Source of the DNA: Octopus vulgaris | Lineage: Eukaryota | Assembly: GCA_951406725.2 (NCBI GenBank) | Contig: OX597833.1 | Location: 43,958,001 to 44,022,000 of the forward strand | DNA length: 64,000 nt | Direction: 5' to 3' | In this document: in pieces, positions 51,123 to 63,961 of the stretch | Position numbering within the stretch: the stretch's first letter is position 1 | How the letters are laid out: every line of letters begins with the position of its first letter | Translations under genes and position numbers: made by a program | The notes under the pieces: model-generated | Told to the model about the DNA's origin: nothing | The model's database searches: none | Seen by the model: the letters and a program-made list of their open reading frames with translations, nothing else

Positions 51123-51311
51123 CAGTGCTTTTCAAACTTTTTGCTGGAGCGGAACCACAAGGAAACATTCCACTGGCTCGAGGAACCCCTGTGCCATAAT
51201 TTAATAGTCTTATGCACACATATCTGCACAGGAGAATTAAAAATTACTGCCGATTTTAGCAGTTTTTTAACTTCTTGCGGAACCCCTGGAGAGTGCTGGC
51301 GGAACCCACTG
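51123..51311. mobile_element. hAT (Charlie-like) MITE with 8-bp TSD
   Basis: CAGTG...CACTG termini flanked by a perfect GTCTAAAG duplication (51115-51122 and 51312-51319). Confidence 0.8.
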
Positions 51312-51428
51312 GTCTAAAGCCATCCCTGGAACATAAGTAATGTACGTTCGCAGTTTGGAGGAAATCAGTTGAAAAATACTGTCTTTATAAACTTTTACAA
51401 ACACAGACAGAACGGGATATATATGTAC

Positions 51429-51459
<31 letters not shown>

Positions 51460-52095
51460 TGTATGTATGTATGTATGTATGTATGTATGTATGTATGCAT
51501 GTATGTATGTATGTATGTATGCATGTATGTATGTATGTATGTATGTATGTATGCATGTATGTATGTATGTATGTATGTATGTATGTATGTATGTATGTAC
51601 GTCCGTATGTACGTATGTATGTATGTATGTATGTATGTATGTATGCATATATGTATGTATATATGTATGTGTGTGTGTGTGTGTGTTTGTGTAAAATTAA
51701 CCTAGTGTATGTGTTGTGTGGAGAAATGTGCGTTTTGTGTATTCCCCTGTGTGTGTGTGTGCATATGGACGTGTGTATATTTGTGAAGCTAACGTGTCTG
51801 TGTGCGCGTGTGTCTGTTGTGTTGCACGTGTAGCCGTTCATGTGAGCTTATTCAGGTAGTGTGTGCACGTGTGTATGTGTGTTTATCTGTAATCAAATAG
51901 TGTGCACATCTATAGTGTATTTTTGTAGCGAATGTTATCCGTGTCAATGCGTGTTTATGCGTGTTGCGGGTGTATCTATATATTCTCTGTGTTCAGATAT
52001 TATGTGTTTGTGTGGGTGTGAGAGTGTGCATGATGGTGTGTGGTGTGTGTACTGAATTAAACAGTGTGTTGTGATGTTCGTATTATGGTATTTGT

Positions 52096-52330
52096 GGCGG
52101 GCTGGCAGACACGTTAACACGCCGGGCGAAATGCGTAGCAGTATTTCATCTGCCGTTACGTTCTGAGTTCAAATTCCGCCGAGGTCGACTTTTCCTTTCA
52201 TCCTTTCGGGGTCGATAAATTAAAAACCAGTTTCGCACTGGCGTCGATGTAATCGACTTAATACCTATGTCTGTGCTTGTTTGTCCTCTCTCTCTGTGTA
52301 GCCCCTTGAGGGCAGTAAAGAAATAGGTAT
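52096..52330 (+). mobile_element. SINE family A
   Basis: Consensus match; ggtatttgtgg is duplicated on both flanks. Confidence 0.88.
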
Positions 52331-52516
52331 TTGTGGTGACGCTGTTGAAAAGTGTATGTCGGTGTGTAGATAATATGTGTGTGTGTGTGTGTGTGTTTGT
52401 TTGTCTGTGTGTGCGTGTGTGTATACTGTGTCTTTCAAATATGAAAGCATGTTATCTAAGAGAAGAAGATTCAGTGTTGTAACAGAAGAAAATATTGTTT
52501 CTTAATATTAACTTAC

Positions 52517-52562
52517 AAGCCGAGATGTAAGAAGACATCAGTAACATCATAACTAACAACAT
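52517..52562 (-). CDS. Ig-array gene 3, signal-peptide exon (coding part)
   Basis: MLLVMMLLMSSYISA plus 1 nt, donor gtaagt, 46 nt. Full CDS is 46+333+306+33+80 = 798 nt = 265 aa plus stop. Confidence 0.82.
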
Positions 52563-52922
52563 TGTTGATCTTGTGCCACAGGTATAAGGCAGGAGGAGAA
52601 ATGATTGTCGGCTTCCAGAAAGCAGAAATTTTACGAAAAGATATCTCTTAGAAATAGCGTAGTCGAAATGGCCAAACATAATAGAATTAGAGAGAAAAAC
52701 GCAAGTCCAACTTGAAGTGTGAGTGAACTGAAAGTCCCATCTTTCTGTTTCTTTCTTTTTCTCTCTCTATCTTTCTCTTTCTCCCTCTCTCTGTCTGTCT
52801 GTTTCTCTCCCTTTCTCTTTTCTGCTTCGAGAAGGCAGGTAAAACTTAGATAGATAGATAGATAGATAAATAAATAGATAGATAGATAGATAGATAGATA
52901 CATAGGTAGGTAGATAGGTAGG

Positions 52923-52988
<66 letters not shown>

Positions 52989-53012
52989 GATAAGATATAG
53001 ACAAATAGATAA

Positions 53013-53046
<34 letters not shown>

Positions 53047-53971
53047 GGATAGATAAATAGGTAGATAAATAGATAGATAGATAAATAGGCAGATAGATAA
53101 GATATAGACAGATAGATAGTGAGATATAGATAGAGAAATATAGAGAGATTGAGATAAATAGAGAGAGATGGATAAAGAGATATAGATAGAGATATGGATG
53201 TCACGGACGCTAGAAAACCGGAAGTAAATATTCTTAAAAACAGAAACTTAAGTACACACACACGTACACAAGCACGCACGCACATGCGCACGCAAAAACA
53301 CACACTCACACATATACACATACAAAGATGAAAAGAAAGATAGAGAATTTCGAAGTATTGAGAGATTGGGTGAAAGAAGTATTGTGATTAAGAAAAAGAC
53401 GCCGACTTAGGACGCAGGAGAGGAAAGTGAGGGAAAGTTATAAGGATATGAAAGTAAGAAAGGGAGAGAAGAAGGAAGATTGGCAAGAAGGAGTTACAGT
53501 AAAAGATTTAGAAGAACGTCATGGATAAGTGAGAGGGAGAGAGTGAAAGGGACAAAGATAGAGAGAAAGAGCGTAAGAGGAGAGAAAGAGAGAAAGAGAA
53601 AGATAAAAAGAGAAGAACAGTCAAGACATTTTCTTTTTTTTACTACATTTGTTTGGTATTTTTCAAATATATTTTTCAATATGACGCTACACTGGACACT
53701 GGATGACCTAGCTGACCTTGCTGACCTAGCTGCTTGAACAGCTTCCTAAGCATTCTTCCGACTCGGTTGATTCAGGCCAAAGTGAATCGTTGGGAGTGGT
53801 AGGCTTACCAGGATTTCTACCTTATCGAAGCTCCTTCTTTATTGTAAGGTCATCAAGGCATTTGAGAAAAAAAAGGATTTACTCCACACCCCGAGCAGTC
53901 TGGATTGCTGCTACACATACAACAAGGTAACTTACTGGTGAAGCAGAAGGGATTGGAAGTGAAACGGTACG

Positions 53972-54385
53972 GGATCTTTTCGGTTTGAACGGCAGTTTTT
54001 TTTAAATAATTTCCACGCAACAAAACGCTTTTAAACTTCTTATACTGGTAGAATGTGTTAATAAAACATCTTTTTCTCTTGGCTTTATTGAGAAAATTCT
54101 ATAGTTTGTAGGTCATTTGTTGTTTTTTCTTCTTCAATTTCTGCAATTTCAACCAATCAATGACTTCTATTGAGGCAAAATACCATTCTGTGCCGTAAGC
54201 AACAGATTGGGTTTATTTACATTTCTGAAGAAAAAAAGATACCCTTCACCTCACCCCTAACCCTAACCCTAACCCAAACCCTAAAACAGATTGAAATGCA
54301 ATAGATCGATACTGGGGTCATAATTATGGGTGACAATTTCATATGACACCGCTAGAAAAGACTGCCGTTCAAACCGCAAAGATCC
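53972..54385 (+). mobile_element. GGATC-TIR MITE with 8-bp TSD
   Basis: TSD ACGGTACG at 53964-53971 and 54386-54393. Same family as 7907-8341. Confidence 0.9.
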
Positions 54386-54816
54386 ACGGTACGTTCATCT
54401 CTTCGAATTCTGACATTGTGCTTAGCAACAAGCTCACTGTTTCTTCATCAGAATATCTCATAACTCTGGATCCTTTAAAAGTTCTCAATTCTTCCTACCA
54501 TAAATATATTCGGTAAGCGAGCAGGTTTATCTGTAGGAATTATTGTTACATACGTCAATGATGCTGAATCTGGCAACTGCTTTGCCAACAACGAGAGTTA
54601 TCTCCAGCCTCAGCCGTCAACCAGCATCACCTTACCCACTGACACTTCGGTCTTGCAGACATAACGTTGAAATTTCTGCCACTCACTCTTGTTGCTTCGT
54701 GCAGGTCATTTACCTGCTGATCTACGCTGTATTTGGTTGGATATACAAGCATATTAAAGGAGTCAGCAGAGTGGGCTACAATATATATGTTTCTCTCCGT
54801 GTTTCTTTTCTGTGTA

Positions 54817-54854
54817 TCTTTCTGTTGAAGAGCGTAGGCTCGAAACGTAAAAGA
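54817..54854 (+). ncRNA. Hammerhead-like motif family C
   Basis: tcttt-CTGTTGAA-GAGCgtagGCTC-GAAA-cg-TA-aaaga. Confidence 0.55.
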
Positions 54855-54950
54855 CTTGTTTTATTTATATTCCTGAGCGCCATACTAATACAATTGTTTG
54901 TTTGTATTCCACCTGCCTTCGTCTTTTGTTTATTTTCATAAAGCTTCCCG

Positions 54951-54993
<43 letters not shown>

Positions 54994-54995
<2 letters not shown>

Positions 54996-55070
54996 GAATT
55001 AGAGATAAAACCACTATTAGGCAACTCAAACTGTTTGAGTTGCCTAATAGTGGTTTTATCTCTAATTCAT
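54994..55070. repeat. Perfect hairpin (38-bp arms, 1-nt loop)
   Basis: atgaattagagataaaaccactattaggcaactcaaac-t-gtttgagttgcctaatagtggttttatctctaattcat. Confidence 0.95.
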
Positions 55071-55149
55071 ATTTTATATATTTATACTGTGAAATTTGAT
55101 TTAATCCTGAATCTAATTTTTCCCTGTAAGTTTGGAGCAATACTCCCTA

Positions 55150-55182
<33 letters not shown>

Positions 55183-55310
55183 GAAATTGCTAAGATGATC
55201 CGGTTCCGACTGAAGATTAGAGGCTTCGAGTGACCCGTCTGTTTTTTTGTGTCGTCTCTTTGTGTGTATTTGCGTTCTTGTCCCATTTTGTAATTTATAT
55301 TTTATATTTA

Positions 55311-55365
<55 letters not shown>

Positions 55366-55368
<3 letters not shown>

Positions 55369-55665
55369 AATTGCAGCGTGGAAGGTGTTTATAAGCCATT
55401 TAAGAAACACACAAAAGCCGTTCGATTCACTCCAACATTTAAGTTTAATTTGTCAAAATATTTTCGTCGCTAAAATCCGCGACCTGTTCATTGACAAAGT
55501 CCGTGCTGCATCTCATGAGATGCAGCACGGACTTTGTCAGTGAACAGGTCCCGGATTTTAGCGACGAAAATATTTTGACAAATTAAACTTAAATGTTGGA
55601 GTGAATCGAACGGCTTTTGTGTGTTTCTTAATTGGCTTATAAACACCTTCCACGCTGCAATTGTT
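55366..55665. repeat. 300-bp spacerless palindrome (3 mismatches), each arm carrying a hammerhead-like motif
   Basis: Centre tctca|tgaga at 55515/55516. Hammerhead-like motifs at 55533-55582 (+) and 55449-55498 (-). Confidence 0.95.
55533..55582 (+). ncRNA. Type-I hammerhead motif with swapped G3-C8 core
   Basis: TTTGTCA-GTGAACA-g GTC(C/G)C ggatttta GCGAC-GAAA-atat-TT-TGACAAA. 7-bp stem I, palindromic AATATT stem III. Confidence 0.6.
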
Positions 55666-55723
55666 ATCGTTTCAGCACACGATCTCAGATCAAATTACTT
55701 GCTATGCGAGTACATCTCCGTAA

Positions 55724-55817
<94 letters not shown>

Positions 55818-55837
55818 CAGGTACCAGAATCTAGTAA

Positions 55838-55980
55838 GGTATTATCCATATAAATCAAATGGGGCGATTATAATCACCCTATTTGATTTATATGGATAAT
55901 ACCTTCCATCTTATGCGCTTAATCAGGTCTGTAATTTTCTCTAAAAGTTTCTTAGAGTATAGTTCCCTTAATGGTGTGTG
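55838..55980 (-). mobile_element. Penelope-like ORF start fragment with terminal hairpin
   Basis: PLRELYSKKLLEKITDLIKRIRWK resembles the 47723 ORF. It abuts a hairpin at 55840-55900 whose arm recurs at ~49870-49907. Confidence 0.55.
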
Positions 55981-56575
55981 TACGTGTATAGACGTGTGCG
56001 GGTATGTGCGCATATAGGCGTGTATGCGCGCTTGCATAAGTGTATGTGCGTATATTGACGCGTAATTTGATTCCATTGGGATTTATTGACCCAAATTTTC
56101 AAAAACTTTACACATTTTCCAATACCATTTTAGTTCCGCTACACTATACCTGTCAACGTAAAACAATGTCATTTCTCTTTATACTTCTCCTAACCTAGGG
56201 AAAATAGTTACTAGTTGCAAAACGATAGAGATTGTGTACTTATATACGAAAAATTGTTTTATTATATCTTTCTAGATTCATGTGTATCAGAGCATATGTA
56301 TCCATATACACACAAACACACATTAAGATATGTTTTCAATATCAGAAATCAATGAGCACTAACTACAGAAAGCACACAATATATAGTATGGAGTCAAATA
56401 TTTATTTCCGGAGAAAATGTGAGTTAATTTTCGCTTGGAAGTTTCGAAATAACCTGTAAAAAAGAAAGCATTGCCAATTTAGAAAGAAACTATACGTGTA
56501 TGTATGTATGTATGCATGCAATGCTCGTATATATGTACCTATGTATGTATGTATGTATGTATGTATGTATGTATG

Positions 56576-59500
56576 TCGCAGGTCACTTTCGAGTGCTACT
56601 GGTAACATGTAACCCAGTACAACCTGTTGCATGGTCGGGTCCTCGGCGACTAAACCGGCAAACCCACAAGTGAGGAGGGTGTTTATTGGACACTTTGCGG
56701 GATGAAAAACAAAACCTGTCAAAGGGCGGAGGACCTCTTGAGAGTCAACGGCCATCCAATAAATGTTAGCACGGGTACGTAAAAATTCGGGGTGGTGTCC
56801 GGTGTGCTGGAAGACCACTGGGAGTGAGGCGCCCCTCAGCTTTTGTTAAAGCACGTCTCTAGGAGAAGGTCACTCTGATATAAAAACCAGATATGCAGGG
56901 AATGGCATTGAACATTTTGGGGATCTTTGGTTTGTGCTAGAGATCACGGCGCTCTCACATCCCTGTGCTTGCGACTCATATTGGCACCAGACATCTTGCT
57001 CCGGCTTGTCTCTGGATAATGTCAATAGAGTTGAGAGGGTCTATGAGGTGTTGTGAAAGCCTTATTGGACCTAAAACTCTGCACAGGCATTGCCAAATTT
57101 TTTTATATATATCTTATTTTTAGTATATATTTTCTTCATTTTTAGTAATTTTTTTTCAGAAGTCCTGCGGCGATGGGAAGGTGGTGAAGCATGCAGACCT
57201 GACGGGTTGGAAGCATGTAGTCAGCGACCTGCACGTAGGTGGCCCATGCTAGATATAAAGTCGTCTCCTTGTCGCCCAAGACAGCGGTAAGATTCGGTTG
57301 CTGCATGGGTGTCTGAGCAGCTCCATTTGGAGAGGGCACTGCTCACCTGGAGACCGGGGAGGTTCTAGAAAAGGTGAACCAAAAATTGCCTGTCTTTCCA
57401 TATCTGGTCAGTTTAGCGTGACTGATGGATGCCCACTCTGCGCTCGAAAAACAAGGAGTCTTTTATCTATAAAATCTGGACGGAACTTAAACATTTCATG
57501 TTGGAATGTGCGTACTCTGTTGGACAACAAGAGTGATTGCAGGCCTGAAAGACGCACTGCACTTGTTGCTCGTGAGCTGAACCGTTATAAAATTGATATA
57601 GCTGCACTCTCAGAGACTCGTATAGAAGGTGATGGTCAGCTTGAGGAAGTAGGAGGCGGATACACCTTTTTTTTGGAAAGGAAGGCAGAAGGAGAAGTGC
57701 AGAGAGGCTGGTGTTGGATTTACAGTCCGATCTGATATCCTGAAGAAGTTGGAAGAGCTCCCTGTCCCTATAGATGAACGTATAATGACCCTACGGTTGC
57801 ACTTGAAAGGTAAGCGGTTTGCTACTCTAATAAATGCCTATGCACCTACTTTGACTAGCTGTGATGAAGATAAAATAATCTTTTATACCCAGCTGAGAGC
57901 CATACTTAGAAAAATCCCCAATTCTGATAAAGTCATTCTACTGGGGGATTTTAATGCCAGAGTAGGAACATACTGGAAAACATGGAACTCTCTAGGACGT
58001 TTTGGAGTAGGGAAAATGAATAGCAATGGTCTCATGCTACTGGAGCTTTGCGAAGAACATGGCCTTTACATTGCAAGTACTCATTTTGTGCACAAAGGTG
58101 ATCACACAACAACATGGATGCTTCCAAGGTCCAAAGTTTGGCATTTGCTGTATTACGTCATCATCCGCAAGCGCGATATTTATGACATTTGTAATGTCAA
58201 GTCATTGCATGGATCAGAATGCTGGACAGACCACAGTCTGTTGCGAGCAAAGTTCCGAATGGTGATTAGGGCGAAAGAGAGAAGAGGACCAGTCAGCATT
58301 CCTCGCCGTCTAAATGTCCAAAAGGTATATGACGTTGTGGTTAGGAAAGAGCTTCAGACTCGCTTGTCCAGCATTGAAACTGCTGCAGCATGGGAAGAGT
58401 TTCGAGACCAAGTTGTTCAATGTGCAGCCGAGACACTAGGGTATGTTACTGCCAGACACAGACTGGTTTGATGAGAATGATGCTGAAATTCAACGACTAT
58501 TAGTGGTGAAGCACCATGCCCACAGTGTGTTGCTGCACAGAGAACTGTCTACTGTGCAGCGAAGTCTAGCACTTGCCCACTATAACAGTGTAAAATCACT
58601 ACTGCAGCGATCTCTCAGGAAGATCCAGAACACTTGGTGGGAGGATCTTGCTCGTGATGTTCAGGCTGGTGCTGATGCAAATGACAGCAAAAAGCTTTAC
58701 CATCTTATGAAGCGAGCTTATGGACCTAAGATCTCCTCATCAGCTCCTTTTCTTTCCAAGGAGTCTTCCACTCTGTTTAATAAATCAATAGAAATCACAG
58801 GTCGCTGGATCGAACACTTCTCTGAACTCCTAATTCATGAGTCAGTTGTGGATGAAACAGTGATTGATACTATGAAACAAAGACCTATCATTGACTCCTT
58901 AGACTCCTCGCCATCAATACATGAAATAATGACATCAATAAGTAAATTAAATCTTGGTAGGGCACCTGGAAAGGATGGAATTTGTGCTGAGGTCTTGCGA
59001 TTTGGTGGTAATTGCATCACACAGTCCCTTCATGAACTTATTAGTGCAGTCTGGAGGGATGGTGCAATCCCTAAGGACTGGAAGGATGCAATTATTCTTC
59101 CTCTATATAAAGGAAAGGAGCCAGAACAATGTGTGGTAACTACAAAGGTATTGCTCTACTATCAGCTGCTGGCAAGGTTCTAGCAAATATTCTTCTTACC
59201 CGTCTGAATGGGTTTCTCGTAAATGATGTCCTATCTGAATCTCAATGTGGCTTCCGATCTGGTAGAGGGACAATGGATATGATTTTCACAGCAAGACAGA
59301 TGCAGGAGAAGTGCTATGAGCAGAATATGGATCTTGTCCAGGTATTCATTGATTTGACAAAGGCCTTTGATACTGTAAATAGGGCCTTTCTATGGAAAAT
59401 ACTTGGATGTCCGGATCACTTTGTATCTATAATTAAAGCATTTCATGGTGGGATGGAGGCTTGGGTCAATGTTGGTGGTGCCATGGCGGGACCCATTCCT

Positions 59501-60722
59501 GTAGAGAATGGTGTCAAGCAGGGTGACATCCTTGCCCCAACTCTCTTTTCTTTGTACTTTGCTGCTGTTTTTACTCATGCTTTTGCTAAGGTTAACTCTC
59601 TGGGAATATATGTCAGATATCGATCTTCTGGCCGCCTCTTTAATCTTCGCCGATTTGCTGCCAATTCAAAGGTGTCCCAGTCTATTATTCGTGACCTCCT
59701 TTATGCAGATGACTGTGACTTAGTCACTCATACAGTGGATGACATGCAAATACTCATGAATTGCATTTCTGCTTCTTGCAGGGCATTTGGACTCAGCATT
59801 AGCCTGGACAAGACTGTTGTAATGTTCCAGCCTGCACCAGGAAATCCATATATAGAACCAGCTATCTTGGTTGAAGGAACAATTCTGAAGGTAGTAGACA
59901 AGTTTGTCTACCTGGGCAGCACACTCAGCCGTTCTTGCTCCCTGGATGAGGAAATATCTTTCAGGTTGCAGAGAGCAACTAATTCCTTCCGGTCTCTTCA
60001 GTCTCGTATCTGGTCGCAACATGGCATCGCAAGGAGAACAAAAGTTGCTGTGTACCGTGCTTGTGTACTGACATCGCTTCTCTACTCATGTGAGACATGG
60101 ACTCTGTACAAACGTCAGTTAAGGGTTCTTGAACGTTTTCATCAGAGATGTCTCAGACACATTCTCAATGTTGGCTGGACCTAAAAAATTCCGGACACAC
60201 AGATCTTGAGGACAGCTGATATCTTGAGTATTGAGGCGATGGTACACAAGCACCGGTTTGGGTTGGACTGGATACCTTATTAGAATGGAGGATAGAAGGA
60301 TTCCTAAGCAGATGCTCTATGGAGAACTTGTGAATGGAAGGAGACTCCGGCAGAAACCAAGGCTGCGATTGAAGGACTGTGTCAAGTACTCGTTAAAGGC
60401 CTTTGATATGCAGGACACTGACAGGGAGAACAATGCCTGTCATCGCCACAGATGGAGGAAACAGGTTAAGGAGGGGATCGACACTTTCGAGAAAGCACGT
60501 ATCCAGCATGAAGAACTTAAGCGAGCTGCGCGAGAGCGCACGGCTCGTATAATGAATGGGGAAAGCTTGGTCTGCAATGTTTGCAGTCGTGTATGCTTGT
60601 CAAGAGCAGGGCTCATTAGCCACCAACGGAGCCGCAAATGCAAAATATAAGTTAGTCCTAGAGCGCACAATGTTCCTGAAGGTCAGCAATGGTCTTCCTC
60701 GGTCACAAGTGGACGGCTATCA
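56576..60722 (+). mobile_element. Near-full-length RTE-clade LINE (APE + RT + C-terminal C2H2-like), inactivated by frameshifts and stops
   Basis: APE: SCWNVRTLLD, IDIAALSETR, NAYAPT, LLGDFNARVG, WTDHSL. RT: ESQCGFR, FIDLTKAFDTV, GVKQGDILAPTLF, LLYADDC, FVYLGS. C-terminus CNVCSRVCLSRAGLISHQR and an (ATGT)n tail. Split over ORFs 57298, 57749, 58443, 59129 and 60231. Confidence 0.95.
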
Positions 60723-61973
60723 TGTATGTATGTATGTATGTATGTATGTATGTATGTATGTATGTATGTATGTATGTATGTATGTATGTGTGCATGCACG
60801 TATGTATGTACCTATGTATGTATGTACGTATGTATGTATGTATGTATGTATGTATGTATGTATGTATGTATGTATGTATGTATGTATGTATGTATGTATG
60901 TATTATGTACGTATGTGTGTATTTAACTTCAGCCAGAGCTTCACAACTGGTGTTTCTTGAATACGGCTCTATAATTTAGAGGTTTGGTAAAAGTGATGAT
61001 CGAATAAGTATCAAACTTAAAAATAGGTAGTGAGGCCTCTTTGTTCGACAGTTTAAGCTGGTAGCCAAGCGTGGTCGCAGTCCTATGACTGAAACAAGTA
61101 AACAAGATTATCTACGCTCGTGAAAAGATGGGATGTTCAGTAATCGAATGCTTTTGCTCGATGAATGTTTATATAAATATTAAAGAAGAATGACCATAAC
61201 GATGAGTTTAGAATAAAACCAATGCAGTAAGCTGTTATGATGTGGTGTTTTCCATATCTATAATGTGTGGTCCCTGTCTTGACTGTAGCTGTTGTATCTA
61301 CTATAGTGGACATTTGTCTGGTATCGGATACAGTTTATCTCTTCTATACCGGAGTAGTAATACATCGCTTCGTCTATCGTGCTATTGCTGATAGCTCTGC
61401 AAAACAGCGACTTTGAACACCCTACCATCACTGTTGACTCGAACTCGACTATAACCCTTAACTGACACTTAACTCCAACAGAGAACTCGTGCAATTATTC
61501 TACAACGACTGATAGACTACTACCCGTACTGGTTGACGTCGTCGCACTTTATAGTGGCTGAGTCATACCATTTGTCCCTTGGGAGGGGTATACCATTTCC
61601 ACTACGACATAATCGCAAACTTAATCAATAATATTATATAGAAGAACGGCGGCGAGCTGGCAGAACCGTCCGCACGCCGGGCGAAATGCGTAGCCGCATT
61701 TCGTCTGCCGTTACGTTCTGAGTTCAAATTCCGCCGAGGTCGACTTTGCCTTTCATCCTTTCGAGGTCGATAAATTAAGTACCAGTTACGCACTGGGGTC
61801 GATGTAATCGACTTAATCCCTTTGTCTGTCCTTGTTTGTTTCCTCTGTGTTTAGCCCCTTGTGGGCAGTAAAGAAATATATTATATAGAAGAACAACAAA
61901 ATCAAAGGAACGAAAATGAAAAATACAATACTAACCACTTTTTGATTCTGCTGGGGCTTGTTTTCCGAAATCC

Positions 61974-62053
61974 TTAATGAAAATGGCCAATAACAAGCAG
62001 TGTTGCTGCAAATTTCAAAATCTTAGTAATAATATTTGCATCATATAATTTAT
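61974..62053 (-). CDS. Ig-array gene 4, last coding exon (hydrophobic tail)
   Basis: (D)KLYDANIITKILKFAATLLVIGHFH*, one substitution (S>Y) relative to gene 3, with the same splice signals. Confidence 0.6.
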
Positions 62054-63616
62054 CTGTAATAGAAAGAAAAAAAAAGCACATTTCATTTTAATTTTGGTAC
62101 AAGACCAAAAACTTTGTTGAAGGTGGACATCGATTACATCAACTCCAGTATTCAATTGGTGCCTAATTCATTGACTCTGAAAGAATGAAAAGTAAAGTCA
62201 ACTTCGGTGGCATTTTAACCCAGAAAGCCGGACAAAATGCCACCAAGCATTTTTTACGGCGTGCTCATGAATCTACCAGCTTGCAGCCTCAGAAACAGTA
62301 ATCAGGGATATTGGAGATTTACATAAACACACGTAAACAATAAATAATGGGAAGAAAATCAAAACAACAAAATTCCCAATTAAAATGGAAACGTTACCCA
62401 AAGGTAACCAAGTAACCTCACAGTAAACAAGTAATCCTTAGTCACCCTGTTACCAGGAATACTGTTGTGTTTCTCTCTCCTCCATGCTTCTGTAACTACA
62501 TGGGCACGCTTAGGTTACGACAATTCACTCGAGATATTCTTGTTATATTCATCCACAGTGTAACAGTTTTACTGGGAGAAAGGACCTTGCTCTCCACGCT
62601 CACTTTCCTTTTAAACATGAAAAGTCAATGAAGGTTTGGTCTCTTTCTCATTAATCGCATCATCTTTCACCATAAGCATCTAACAGAGGAAATCTGCCTA
62701 CCCTTCAAAATCAAAGGAAAGCAAGGAAGCAATCTTCACTTTGGAGTCGACCTATAACCAGATCCTTCCGAGAAGTGATTGCAGATGGTAGACGTAACTC
62801 CAGAAATCAACGAGGCTCAAGCACTATACTAATACGTGTAGAAAATCTTCATCATGCAATGTGCATCAAGTGCAAGAGCAGCTGAGGGGAATATCATGCC
62901 GGTACATTTTTTTCCGCCGAGGTCGGCTTTGCCTTTCATCCTTTCGGAGGTCGATTAAATAAGTACCAGTTACGCACTGGGGTCAGTATAATCGACTTAA
63001 TCCGTTTGTCTGTCCTTGTTTGTCCTCTCTGTGTTTAGCCCCTTGTGGGCAGTAACGAAATGGGTACATTTTATTACGAATCGGCAATGTTATTCTGTAG
63101 CACTGCCAGGCAAGGGATTTTTGTAAATTATCAATGGAACCCGGCTTAAAACTTCTTCGAAAACGACTAGGCAGTTGGCATTCATTGACACTCAGAGATT
63201 CCTAGAGGATGTTATCACTTTTACTCACCACCAATTGTGAGTAGATGATCTCGGTGCAACGTCCACTAAGACCAATACCCTGCTGACAGAGGTGTGAGCG
63301 CCTGATGTCACACTAGGTGTCAGGTACCCTGCATAGGTCTATGCTTGACCCAAGAATGTCGAGTATATATTTGTGTGTGCGTGGTATCTGTGTGTATGTA
63401 TGTGTGTGTGAGTGTGTGTAGCGTGTGCATGTATGTATGTATAGACGTGTATATTAGTGTTTGTTCCCCACCATCACTGGAAAACCAGTGTTGGTTTGTT
63501 TACGTGCCCACAACGTATCAGTTCGGGAATAAGTACGACAAAGGCTATTAGAAAATAGCCAAGCATGGCCACCATCCAGTAACTGAAAGAAGCAAAAGTT
63601 AGAAGATAAAAGATAC

Positions 63617-63649
63617 CTGCATTGTCTCTGATTGCTTTCTGCTCAGTAC
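63617..63649 (-). CDS. Ig-array gene 4, 33-nt linker micro-exon (upstream exons lie beyond the window)
   Basis: tttttatttctag|GTACTGAGCAGAAAGCAATCAGAGACAATGCAG|gtatct = (G)TEQKAIRDNA. Confidence 0.62.
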
Positions 63650-63961
63650 CTAGAAATAAAAATTTTAAAATTATAAACAAAATAATATATAGAAACATAA
63701 TATTTAAGTTGTTATCTTAGTTTTCAATGCAGTTTTGTTTTTCAAATTGGAAATGAAATCAAAATGTTTATCATTCAAAATGTGACCGCGTGTGTACCGT
63801 TGGCGATTTTTTTCCTCCGTCTTCCCTTCTCTGGATCTTTCCTTCTATGTTTCTGACATTAAACCCTCCTTCTTCCATTCCTTCCTGAGCGTCCAATAAT
63901 GCCATATTTGTTCTACGTCCTCGCGTTGTTGTGTTTTCTCTTTGTGTTTTCATGTTTGGAT

